A stretch of 64,000 bases of DNA from Spirochaetia bacterium (GTDB lineage: Bacteria > Spirochaetota > Spirochaetia > DSM-2461), in assembly GCA_963668315.1 (NCBI GenBank), contig OY764216.1, positions 2,592,001 through 2,656,000 of the forward strand. Direction: 5' to 3'. Below the pieces are notes generated by a model. The model worked only from the letters and a program-made list of their open reading frames with translations, made no database searches and was not told where the DNA came from. The position numbers and the translations under genes were made by a program. Numbering within the stretch: the stretch's first letter is position 1; every line of letters begins with the position of its first letter. This document shows, piece after piece, positions 27,952 to 36,573 of this stretch.

Positions 27952-28685
27952 TGGAGAGAAGGAGGATTCTGTACCTGAAAAACCGTACCCTTCCTTCCCT
28001 TGAAGACTTCAGCCTGCACTGCCGGATAAACAATTATCTCCTTGTCGAAGGGGACAGCGAGACGTTTTCCTCCGAGAACATCTCCCCGGAGGATTTTCAG
28101 CTTATGCTGGTGGATTATCCCCTGATGAACCGTGCCAGGATGAAAAGCATCCGTGAATGGAAAAACAGCTCTGTCCTGCCCCTCATTATGCTGATGGACA
28201 ATGTACGGGAGACATCGCAGATGGAGGCTTTCTCTGAGGGGGCCGACGATATAATCGATCGGAAGGTCTGCTCGGAGAGGGTTTTCACCCTGATGAGCCG
28301 GATGGATAATCTTATACGGATTTACGGAAAAAACAGGAATGAGTCCCTGACGAGCTGGATGATCGGAAAGGACAGAATCTCCCTGAATGTCCGGGGGCGC
28401 CTTGTTCTGGTCAACGGCGCGGGAGTTCATCTGACTCCCACGGAATGGAACATCCTGCGCCTTCTCAGCGAAAAAAACGGCCATGTCGTCTCCCGTGAGG
28501 AGATCCTCAGCGGCTGTTTTGAATACCAGTATGAGGGGTACGACCGCTCCATCGACGCCCATATCAAGAATCTGAGAAAAAAAATCCCCCTCTGCATCGA
28601 AACATTGAGGGGAGTGGGGTACCGCTTTACGGGAAGGGATATCTCACAGAGCCCCGATCCTATTGAAAGCCCCCTCTCAATCTGA
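27951..28685 (+). CDS. OmpR/PhoB-family response regulator
   Basis: LMLVD, GADD, LTPTEW, DRSIDAHIKNLRKK..ETLRGVGY; TAATG coupling to the upstream gene. Confidence 0.85.
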   Translation: MERRRILYLKNRTLPSLEDFSLHCRINNYLLVEGDSETFSSENISPEDFQLMLVDYPLMNRARMKSIREWKNSSVLPLIMLMDNVRETSQMEAFSEGADDIIDRKVCSERVFTLMSRMDNLIRIYGKNRNESLTSWMIGKDRISLNVRGRLVLVNGAGVHLTPTEWNILRLLSEKNGHVVSREEILSGCFEYQYEGYDRSIDAHIKNLRKKIPLCIETLRGVGYRFTGRDISQSPDPIESPLSI

Positions 28686-28726
28686 TAAAATACGGCCCAT
28701 CATTCAGTTAGAATTCAGAGGAACCC

Positions 28727-30280
28727 ATGGATAAGATCATAATATTGGATTTCGGCAGTCAGACGACTCAGTTAATCGGCAGAAGAATCAGAGATTTCGG
28801 CGTTTACAGCGAAATCTATCACGGAGATATCACCCTGACGGAGGATATCCTTACCAGTGACGTCAAGGGCGTCATCCTTTCCGGCTCTCCCTATTCCGTC
28901 TATGAAGAGGGCGCTCCGAAGCCCGATAAGGCCGTTTACGATCTTGATGTGCCTCTGCTGGGTATCTGTTACGGGTTCCAGAGAATGACCGAGGACCACG
29001 GCGGGAAAGTCGCTCCCCTGGATAAAAAAGAGTACGGCCGGTCCCGGATCTCCTTCAAGGAGGAGAACGAGCTGCTGGCGGGAATACCCGACGGTTTCGT
29101 CTCCTGGATGAGCCATGGCGATTCCCTGGATAGAATGGCCCCCGGCTTTACCCTGGTCGCCGAGAGCGAACACGGTCTTCCCGCCGTAGGATTCAACAAA
29201 GAGAAGAATATGTACGGTCTGCAGTTCCACCCCGAGGTGACCCACTGCGAGAACGGATTGGACATTCTGGAAAATTTCGTCTGCTCTATCTGCGGGGCGA
29301 AGAAAGAGTGGTCCATGGATAAGTATATCGAGGATGAGGGAAACCGCATCAGGGAGCGCGTGGGCAAGGAGGATGTTCTTCTTCTCATATCCGGCGGAGT
29401 CGATTCCACCGTGGCAGGCGGTCTGCTTCTGAAGACCCTTGATCCCGATCAGGTTTACCTCATGTACATCGATACGGGCATGATGCGCAAGGGCGAATCG
29501 GAAGAGGTGGCGGAGAACCTGAAGCAGCTCGGAGCGAAGCACCTATTTCTCATTAATGCCCGGGAGCGTTTCCTTACCGCCCTGGAAGGTGCCTCCGAGC
29601 CGGAAAAGAAGCGCAAAATAATCGGTGATATGTTCATCAAGGTCCAGGAAGAGGAGATCAACGCCCATATCAAGGGAGATTACTTTCTGGCCCAGGGAAC
29701 CCTTTATACCGACCTTATTGAATCGGGCAAGGGCGTGGGCAACAAGGCCAACGTCATCAAATCCCATCACAACGTGGGAACCCCCCTTGTGGAAGCCAAA
29801 AGGGAGAAGGGGCTCATCGTGGAACCCCTGGAAATGCTCTATAAAGATGAGGTCCGGAGACTCGGTACCCTTCTGGGCATCGACGATAAGATCGTCCACC
29901 GCCATCCCTTTCCCGGGCCCGGACTGGGCATAAGAATCATCGGCGACGTGACCGAAGAAAAATGCCGTATCCTGCGGGATGCGGATTACATCTATATCCA
30001 GGAGCTCCATAAGAGAAACCTGTACAGGGAGATCTGGCAGGCCTTCAGCGTGCTGACCACGGTCCGGTCTGTGGGTGTTGCCGGAGACGCGCGGGACTAC
30101 GGTTATGTCCTGGCCCTCAGAGCCGTTGTCTCCTCCGACGGAATGACCGCCGACGTGTATGACTTCCCCACCAAGGACCTTCTGGAAATCTCCTCCCTCA
30201 TCACCAATTCGGTTCCTGAGATCGGAAGGGTGGTCTACGATATCTCTTCCAAGCCGCCCGCCACTATTGAGTGGGAGTAG
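28727..30280 (+). CDS. guaA: GMP synthase (glutamine-hydrolysing)
   Basis: ILDFGSQ, LGICYG, QFHPEV, SGGVDS, IKSHHNVG, KPPATIEWE. Confidence 0.98.
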   Translation: MDKIIILDFGSQTTQLIGRRIRDFGVYSEIYHGDITLTEDILTSDVKGVILSGSPYSVYEEGAPKPDKAVYDLDVPLLGICYGFQRMTEDHGGKVAPLDKKEYGRSRISFKEENELLAGIPDGFVSWMSHGDSLDRMAPGFTLVAESEHGLPAVGFNKEKNMYGLQFHPEVTHCENGLDILENFVCSICGAKKEWSMDKYIEDEGNRIRERVGKEDVLLLISGGVDSTVAGGLLLKTLDPDQVYLMYIDTGMMRKGESEEVAENLKQLGAKHLFLINARERFLTALEGASEPEKKRKIIGDMFIKVQEEEINAHIKGDYFLAQGTLYTDLIESGKGVGNKANVIKSHHNVGTPLVEAKREKGLIVEPLEMLYKDEVRRLGTLLGIDDKIVHRHPFPGPGLGIRIIGDVTEEKCRILRDADYIYIQELHKRNLYREIWQAFSVLTTVRSVGVAGDARDYGYVLALRAVVSSDGMTADVYDFPTKDLLEISSLITNSVPEIGRVVYDISSKPPATIEWE

Positions 30281-30899
30281 ATTCTCCCTCCACGAACATG
30301 GCCCGGGAATAGAGATTGTCCATGAACAGGGCGGTCTCTTCCCGGCCTTTGTTTTCCCTCAGGGTCTGTTCAATCATTCCTCTGACTATGCTCAGGGAAA
30401 GCAGGCCCTGGTCAGAGGTGAAGTCCTCTTTGTGGGCATCATAATATGCCTGGATTTCTTCGTCGCTCACCGATATTTTATCAAGCACTTCGGTTTTTAT
30501 CACCTTGTCGATTATGAGGCTGTTTCTTATCACTTCGCGAAAACTCTCCTGTGTATAGAGCTGTCCCTCGAGAAGTTTCGCCCACTCCTCATCGGGGTAA
30601 TCCCCCTTCGCCTGTGAAAGGTTTTCCTCCACTTCTTGTTCCGGGACTTCTATTCCCCGGTAATCGGCCAGAGTGAGGAGGAGCTTTCTCATGATAATGC
30701 CTTCTTTCACATTTTCTCTGAGCTGGTCCTTCTCCTCCTCTTCATAATCCCTTTCCTGGAGCCGGCCCTGGATAATCAGCCTCTCCAGCTCCTTCTGAAC
30801 CTCCTCTTCACTGACCTGAATACGGCCCAGCTTGTCCTGGGAGGCGAGAGGTATCAGAATTACCGTCAGCAGCAATAGGATGTTACGTATTTTGTTCAT
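30264..30899 (-). CDS. SurA N-terminal-domain exported chaperone-like protein
   Basis: Signal peptide; helical; VSDEEIQAYYDAHKEDF. Confidence 0.65.
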   Translation of the reverse strand: MNKIRNILLLLTVILIPLASQDKLGRIQVSEEEVQKELERLIIQGRLQERDYEEEEKDQLRENVKEGIIMRKLLLTLADYRGIEVPEQEVEENLSQAKGDYPDEEWAKLLEGQLYTQESFREVIRNSLIIDKVIKTEVLDKISVSDEEIQAYYDAHKEDFTSDQGLLSLSIVRGMIEQTLRENKGREETALFMDNLYSRAMFVEGESTPTQ

Positions 30900-32178
30900 A
30901 TTCCCTCCTGGGGGCTTTCTTGTTGATGAGATAAAGGGCGGTAAGGGAAAGAACGGCGCCGCCGATGGTAAGCAGGCGGGGTGTCTCTCCCAGAATTATC
31001 CAGCTTAAGAGCAAAGCCAGAAGGGGTATGAGAAAGGTAAAAGCGCTTGCCTTCGGAGGACCGATTTTTGCCGCAGCCCTGAAATAGAGCGATGTGGCCA
31101 GGGAGCTCACAAAAAAGGAGAGAAAGAGAATGTTGATCCAGAAGGAACCGGTGAATCCTGAGAGCCGGAAAGGCCCGTAGGGGAGGGCCATTATCAGGGA
31201 ACCGAAGGCGGCGAAAAGATAAAGGTAGAAGTTGTACTTCTTCAGGTTTATGTGCTCCTGGGCTTTGCCCGAAAAGACTGTCATGAGGGACCAGCATCCG
31301 GCGGCGGCCAGAAAAAAGGCGCTGTCCCTCCGGAATAATACTCCGCCGGCCAGCTGCGGCTCCAGAAGAACCACCCCGCCAATAAAGCCCAGGGCCAGTC
31401 CCAGGACCATGGATTTTTCCGGTTTCCTTCTGCCGGCGAGAATAATTACGGCCGTGGTAATCAGAGGATTCAGGGTGGTCACGATAACGCCCCCCTTTCC
31501 GGCCATGCCGATGCTGAGTCCGGTGAAGAAGAAAACATTATAGAAGAGCAGAAACAGAGCGGAAAGCAGGGTATAGCCGGCGGCTTTCGGCGTCAGGCTC
31601 AGGCGGTCCCGGTGAGGGGGAAAGGGAAGAAAAGGCAGGAGGGAAAAGAGAAAGCGCCAGAATATCAGAACGGGAAAAGGGGCTTCCTCTGAAACGATCT
31701 TTCCCGATACCCAGCTGAGGGCCATAATCGTCATGGAAAGTACGAGGAGTGCATAGAAGAGGATGCTGCGCCGTTTTCTCTCCGCGGTGGAACTGTAGAC
31801 GTTTCTTTTGTAGGGAGGAAGAATTTGTATTTCCGGAGAGTAGTCGCTCTGCCTTTCCAGCCAGCTTCTCAGGTTATCGCCCATCCTGTCCTGGTCATGG
31901 CCAAGGCAGATCACCTGGGGCCGTTCCTTCTGAAGTACCTGCCAGCTGCCCCGTTCTTCGTCGGAGGGCAGGGCCTTTTTGACAATTCCTGTTTTAAGGA
32001 GATGGGCTACGCGGTCGTTATAGGAGTGCATGGGAGTAATTCCCTTCAGTTCACCCACCGTTTTGTCACGGGCCACAACGGCTACCAGGGTGTCTCCCAG
32101 GGCGGCCGCGTTGCGCAGAAAGTAGAGGTGTCCCCTGTGAAGAGTATCGAATGTACCAAAGACCATCACTTTTTTCAT
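30883..32178 (-). CDS. Fusion: RibL-like cytidyl/adenylyltransferase + EamA/DMT transporter
   Basis: N-terminal VFGTFDTLHRGH, VVARD, ICLGHDQ, YSST, continuing in frame into ~10 TM EamA repeats ending ILGE. Confidence 0.8.
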   Translation of the reverse strand: MKKVMVFGTFDTLHRGHLYFLRNAAALGDTLVAVVARDKTVGELKGITPMHSYNDRVAHLLKTGIVKKALPSDEERGSWQVLQKERPQVICLGHDQDRMGDNLRSWLERQSDYSPEIQILPPYKRNVYSSTAERKRRSILFYALLVLSMTIMALSWVSGKIVSEEAPFPVLIFWRFLFSLLPFLPFPPHRDRLSLTPKAAGYTLLSALFLLFYNVFFFTGLSIGMAGKGGVIVTTLNPLITTAVIILAGRRKPEKSMVLGLALGFIGGVVLLEPQLAGGVLFRRDSAFFLAAAGCWSLMTVFSGKAQEHINLKKYNFYLYLFAAFGSLIMALPYGPFRLSGFTGSFWINILFLSFFVSSLATSLYFRAAAKIGPPKASAFTFLIPLLALLLSWIILGETPRLLTIGGAVLSLTALYLINKKAPRREYEQNT

Positions 32179-32375
32179 AAGTCATTATTACAACATAGAA
32201 GAGGAAAAAAGTCACTACGCGGTAATATGTGTGAAAGGAGATTTCCCTATTTGTGAAAGTTATGATAAAAACAGAAAAATAATGAGTGATTTCCTTGCAA
32301 TTCGATATAAACTTTCGTATATTATTTTTATAGGGTTCATTTAAAAAATGAAATATATAAAAACGGAGGTATATA

Positions 32376-32909
32376 ATGCAGGTACTAAAAGAAGAAGTAA
32401 GACAGCGGATAATCAAGTCTGCTAAAAAGGAATTCAAAAACAATGGTTTCGATAAAGCTTCCATGAGAGACATAGCCGATTCGGCAAAAATGACAGTGGG
32501 TAATCTTTATCGATATTACAAAAATAAGGAAGATATGTTCGGAGCTATCGTAGGTGACCTTTACGGGGAACTTCGGGATCTCAGAAAAAATATTCCTGAG
32601 GAGGAAGGACAGATAAAGTTCCTTCTGAATCGTCTCGTAGAGCTCCAGAAGGCTAATAAGGCTGAATGGCTAATCCTGTTCAATACCACAAAAGGGTCAA
32701 AATATGCCCGCGTGGTAGACGACATTTACAGTCTTGTTACCGAAGCCTTGATGGAGCAGTTCGCCGAGAGAGAAGGTTTTGACGAATCCATCGCCAGACC
32801 CGTTGCTTATGCTATCATAAACGGCCTTAACACCATTCTCCAGAATGAGCGGAAGTATAACGATGATGCAGCCGATCTCTTTCTGGATTATATGATCAAA
32901 ACCGCTTAA
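32376..32909 (+). CDS. TetR/AcrR family regulator
   Basis: GFDKASMRDIA...VGNLYRYYKNKEDMF; GGAGG RBS. Confidence 0.92.
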   Translation: MQVLKEEVRQRIIKSAKKEFKNNGFDKASMRDIADSAKMTVGNLYRYYKNKEDMFGAIVGDLYGELRDLRKNIPEEEGQIKFLLNRLVELQKANKAEWLILFNTTKGSKYARVVDDIYSLVTEALMEQFAEREGFDESIARPVAYAIINGLNTILQNERKYNDDAADLFLDYMIKTA

Positions 32910-32932
32910 TCATCACCGTTTTTGTAATCCCG

Positions 32933-32970
32933 ATCCCGGTACTTTCTTAAAATCATGAGAAAGCCGGGAT
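32933..32970. terminator. Hairpin between convergent tetR and ddl
   Basis: ATCCCGG..CTTTCT / AGAAAG-CCGGGAT followed by a T-run. Confidence 0.55.
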
Positions 32971-34065
32971 TTATTTTTTTTCAAAAAGGAGAGAGCTTTT
33001 CTCCCTGTACTCTTCCATTCCCGCTTCAAGAAGTTTCATTATCAATTCGGGGCCTTTCAGCCCATCCTTTTCGCAGAGCATGGGATACATGCTGATGCTG
33101 GTGAATCCGGGCATCGTGTTCACTTCGTTGATATAGAACCTTTCCGAATCCTTTTCGAGAAAGATATCGACCCGGGCCAGACCGTTCAGATTCAAGGCGA
33201 GATAGGCACTCTTCGCGGTCGCTTTTATCCTGTCCGACAATGCGTCATCAAGGGGAGCGGGAATCAGGAGAGCCGCTCCGTCGGGATCGATGTATTTGGC
33301 TTCATAATCATAGAAGGTGTGATGCGGGGCAATCTCCCCGGGCCCGAACACTTCCGGATCGTCCCTTCCCAGTAAGGAGCACTCTATCTCCCGGGCATTG
33401 ACGGCTTTTTCAATCAGTATCTCCCTGTCGTAAAGGAGGGCCGATTCTATACCGTTCAGAAAGGAGGCCTCGTCTTCGGCACGGGTAACTCCCACCGATG
33501 AGCCGGCACGGGAGGGCTTGATGAACAGGGGGAGCCCCAGCTTCTCGCAGCATGTCCGGTAAAAGGCATTTTTTACAAAGCCGCTCTTTTCCCACCTGTG
33601 GCGGTCCATTTTTTCGTAGGGAACGACGGGAAGACCGGCATTTTCCCATATCTCCTTGGCGCAGATTTTATCCATTCCCAGAGCACTGCTCTCCAGACCG
33701 GCCCCAGCATAGGGAATGTCCATCATTTCAAGAAGGCCCTGGAGGGTTCCGTCCTCTCCGAAGGTCCCGTGTATGACGGGGAACACGATATCGCAGGGAA
33801 CCGGCTCTCCCTTAACGGTTTGAAGTCCTATTCCGGGGATCAGTACAAGACGGTTTTCCTCTTTCTCTTCCAGGGGAAGGATGTCGGCGGGCTCCTTCGA
33901 ATACTCCTGATAATACCAGATTCCCTTCGGTGTTATGCCCACGGGATGGGGTATCAGGCCGCTTTTCTTAATATTGTGATAGATGAAGGCTCCCGATCTC
34001 AGGGATACTTCATGCTCCCCCGAACGGCCTCCGTAAATAAGGACTATGTGTTTCATACTAGCCAT
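32971..34065 (-). CDS. ddl: D-alanine--D-alanine ligase
   Basis: GGRSGEHEVS, HGTFGEDG, GSSVG, FYDYEAKY, NEVNTMPGFT. Confidence 0.97.
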   Translation of the reverse strand: MASMKHIVLIYGGRSGEHEVSLRSGAFIYHNIKKSGLIPHPVGITPKGIWYYQEYSKEPADILPLEEKEENRLVLIPGIGLQTVKGEPVPCDIVFPVIHGTFGEDGTLQGLLEMMDIPYAGAGLESSALGMDKICAKEIWENAGLPVVPYEKMDRHRWEKSGFVKNAFYRTCCEKLGLPLFIKPSRAGSSVGVTRAEDEASFLNGIESALLYDREILIEKAVNAREIECSLLGRDDPEVFGPGEIAPHHTFYDYEAKYIDPDGAALLIPAPLDDALSDRIKATAKSAYLALNLNGLARVDIFLEKDSERFYINEVNTMPGFTSISMYPMLCEKDGLKGPELIMKLLEAGMEEYREKSSLLFEKK

Positions 34066-34146
34066 TATTTACCATGGTTCGGTCAAAAATACAACAAAAA
34101 TGGGGCTTTTGCGCCTTTTTTGTCAATTTTCCCCCTCTCCCGGGGT

Positions 34147-35655
34147 ATGAATGATTTCTATAACCAAAAAGTAAAAGAGCTGTTCCGCCTTGACTATCTC
34201 TATCCCTGGCAGCGGCTGGTAATCGCCGATACCCTGGAGGGCATGGGGTATTTCGGTGAGGAACTGAGAGAGGAATCGTCCGGAAGGAAACTTGTCATTC
34301 TACCCACGGGAGCGGGAAAAACCCTTTGCTTTCTCATGCCGGCCCTGCTTACCCGGGGGATTACTCTTGTCCTTTACCCCCTGCTGGCCCTTATGAACGA
34401 TCAGGCTCGGAGGCTGACCGAAGAGGGGCATCATCCCGTTGTCTTCCGGGGGGGACAAACCCGCCGGGAGAGGGAAGAGGGCTGGACCGCGCTGGCAGAA
34501 GGAAAAAGCCGGATAATCCTGTCCAATCCCGAAACGGTCGGTTCGGAGGAGTTTCTGGAGCGGCTGGCCTCTCTGCCCCTGGCTCACCTGGTAATCGATG
34601 AAGTGCACACCATTCCCCAGTGGGGTCCGTCCTTCCGCAAAGGGCTTCTGAAAACGGCGGATCTGGTGGAAAAAGGAATCTTTCCGGTGGTCTCCGCCTT
34701 TACGGCCACCGCCTCTCCCCGGGTTCAGGAGGAGATCGGCTCTCTGGTATTCGGAGGCGGAAACTACCGCAAAATCATGGCGGATCCGGACAGGCCCAAC
34801 ATTCACTACCATGTCCTCTATACCCGCTTTGTACTCACTGCGCTGGAAGAACTCTGCCTGGGGGAGGAAAAACCGATTCTTATCTTCTGCCGCACCCGTT
34901 CCCAGACAGAAGAGACGGCCCGATACCTGGAGAGAAGGATCGGCGGGAAGGGCGGAGTCGGCAGAGTCCGCTTCTACCACGCCGGTTTGGAGAAGGATGA
35001 AAAGGAGGAGGTGGAAGCCTGGTTTCTCAAGGCCGGGGGAGCCGTCCTCTGCAGCACATCGGCCTACGGAATGGGGGTGGACTGCCGCGGCCTCCGCACG
35101 GTCATCCACAGGGATCTCCCCTATTCCGTCGAGTCCTATATCCAGGAATCGGGTCGTGCGGGGAGGGGAGGAGAACTCGCCCGGGCCTTTCTTCTGGTGC
35201 CGTCGGTCCCTGAGGGAGATGAGGGGATCGCCCCCTTTATCAACCGGAGGGACAGGTGCCGCCGGGCCCTGCTGATGGAAGAGCTGGGACGGGAGAGCGG
35301 TTACTGCGGAGGATGCGATGTCTGTTCCCCGGGCCGGTATATTCCGGTCACCGAAGCCCGGGAGGAGAGGTTAATGAGAATCATGAAGCGATACTGCCCG
35401 GCATTGTCAAAGAAGGAGTGGATGGATTTTCTCAAGGGCTACGGCCGGGGTTTCTCCCGCTGCCTGACCGGATGGGGAATGCTGGGTGATATGGAGAGAG
35501 AACAGATCGCCGATGTCCTGGAATGGTATGAAAGGGAAGGGTTTATCCAGATAAAAACCCGTGGATTATGGAAAAACAGGGTTTTTGTCAAGATGCATAA
35601 AGAAAAAAGAAAATTTATTAAAGAAAAATTTGCAAAGCGCCTTAAAATGTATTAG
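34147..35655 (+). CDS. RecQ-family ATP-dependent DNA helicase
   Basis: LPTGAGKT, DEVH, TATA, YHAG, AYGMGVD, QESGRAGR, C-terminal Cys cluster. Start set to the ATG at 34147. Confidence 0.9.
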   Translation: MNDFYNQKVKELFRLDYLYPWQRLVIADTLEGMGYFGEELREESSGRKLVILPTGAGKTLCFLMPALLTRGITLVLYPLLALMNDQARRLTEEGHHPVVFRGGQTRREREEGWTALAEGKSRIILSNPETVGSEEFLERLASLPLAHLVIDEVHTIPQWGPSFRKGLLKTADLVEKGIFPVVSAFTATASPRVQEEIGSLVFGGGNYRKIMADPDRPNIHYHVLYTRFVLTALEELCLGEEKPILIFCRTRSQTEETARYLERRIGGKGGVGRVRFYHAGLEKDEKEEVEAWFLKAGGAVLCSTSAYGMGVDCRGLRTVIHRDLPYSVESYIQESGRAGRGGELARAFLLVPSVPEGDEGIAPFINRRDRCRRALLMEELGRESGYCGGCDVCSPGRYIPVTEAREERLMRIMKRYCPALSKKEWMDFLKGYGRGFSRCLTGWGMLGDMEREQIADVLEWYEREGFIQIKTRGLWKNRVFVKMHKEKRKFIKEKFAKRLKMY

Positions 35656-35751
35656 CTTTGAGATGTAAGGTAAAGAAAATCTTACGAAGATGTTGGATGC
35701 AGCATGTTGCTGTTTTCATAATCTCTCCTATTCCCCCCTTCCGGCTTCCAT

Positions 35752-36438
35752 TTAATGGGAGCCGGTTTCTTTTTTTATAAGGAGAGTTTCCACATCTCTT
35801 TTGGTACGGCATTCGAGAAACTCCTTCACCGTACCCTTTTTGATGAGGCTGGTAATGCGGGAGAGTATTCTCAGATGAATGGTTTCGCTGCTTGTATGGA
35901 CGAGAAAGAAAAGATGAACCGGCTTATTGTCGATCGATTGAAAATCCAGTCCTTCCTTCGACATTCCCAGGACAATATGAGGCTCTCCCTGATCGTTTTC
36001 CCGGGGATTTCTTATATGGGGGATGGCGATCCCTTCGCCTATGCCGGTGGAGAGCATGTTTTCCCGGTCTTCCAGTTTGTTTAGATAGCCGTCGGGATTT
36101 TTTATGAGATCACTGTTGATCAAAGGGGCGGCCAGCTGGGAGAGAATCTCCCGGCGGTTGCCCGGGTTGAGGGGGATAACCGTATCATAGAGCATGCGTG
36201 ACAGATTGACATTGACTTCGCCCGATTCTATGAGACGGGATATATCACCCTTGACTTCGTCCTTTTCCTGCATGGATTCAAGAAGCCAGTCGTCCAGTAT
36301 GGATTTGATAAATCGCCATTGGTTTCCCACCCGGGTACAGGGTATTTTATGGGCTGCAATCATCCGCTGTATGGTCTTTTCTGCAACCTTCAGATATTCT
36401 GCTGTTTCAGCCAAAGTCAGTATCTCATCATTAATCAT
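35752..36438 (-). CDS. Excisionase-like (HTH_17) DNA-binding domain fused to PTS EIIA
   Basis: LTLAETAEYLKVAEKTIQRM..IPCTRVGNQWRF plus RENMLSTGIGEGIAIPH. Confidence 0.88.
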   Translation of the reverse strand: MINDEILTLAETAEYLKVAEKTIQRMIAAHKIPCTRVGNQWRFIKSILDDWLLESMQEKDEVKGDISRLIESGEVNVNLSRMLYDTVIPLNPGNRREILSQLAAPLINSDLIKNPDGYLNKLEDRENMLSTGIGEGIAIPHIRNPRENDQGEPHIVLGMSKEGLDFQSIDNKPVHLFFLVHTSSETIHLRILSRITSLIKKGTVKEFLECRTKRDVETLLIKKETGSH

Positions 36439-36466
36439 AAAAGTCCTCTAATGTCCATGATCGTCC
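36432..36466 (-). promoter_or_regulatory. Phased GGAC operator overlapping the RBS/start of the HTH-EIIA gene
   Basis: GTCC on the + strand at 36443, 36453 and 36463 (exact 10-bp period). Confidence 0.65.
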
Positions 36467-36474
36467 TACAAAGA

Positions 36475-36503
36475 AATATAGGTAATAGGAGGTTTTAAGT
36501 CAA
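36475..36503 (-). promoter_or_regulatory. Sigma-70 promoter of the HTH-EIIA gene
   Basis: TTGACT-17 bp-TATATT on the minus strand. Confidence 0.7.
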
Positions 36504-36573
36504 TATGGAAGCGTTGCCATACTTCCCAAATAAGTCCTGTTCGGCTATACTTTCTTCAACAAAGGAGTTTTTG

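Noticed and set aside
33598..34146. N-terminal extension of the RecQ-like ORF (similarly 58176-58625, 27139-27270, 63556-63684)
   Set aside because: These overlap neighbouring genes or promoters; downstream starts match family N-termini.
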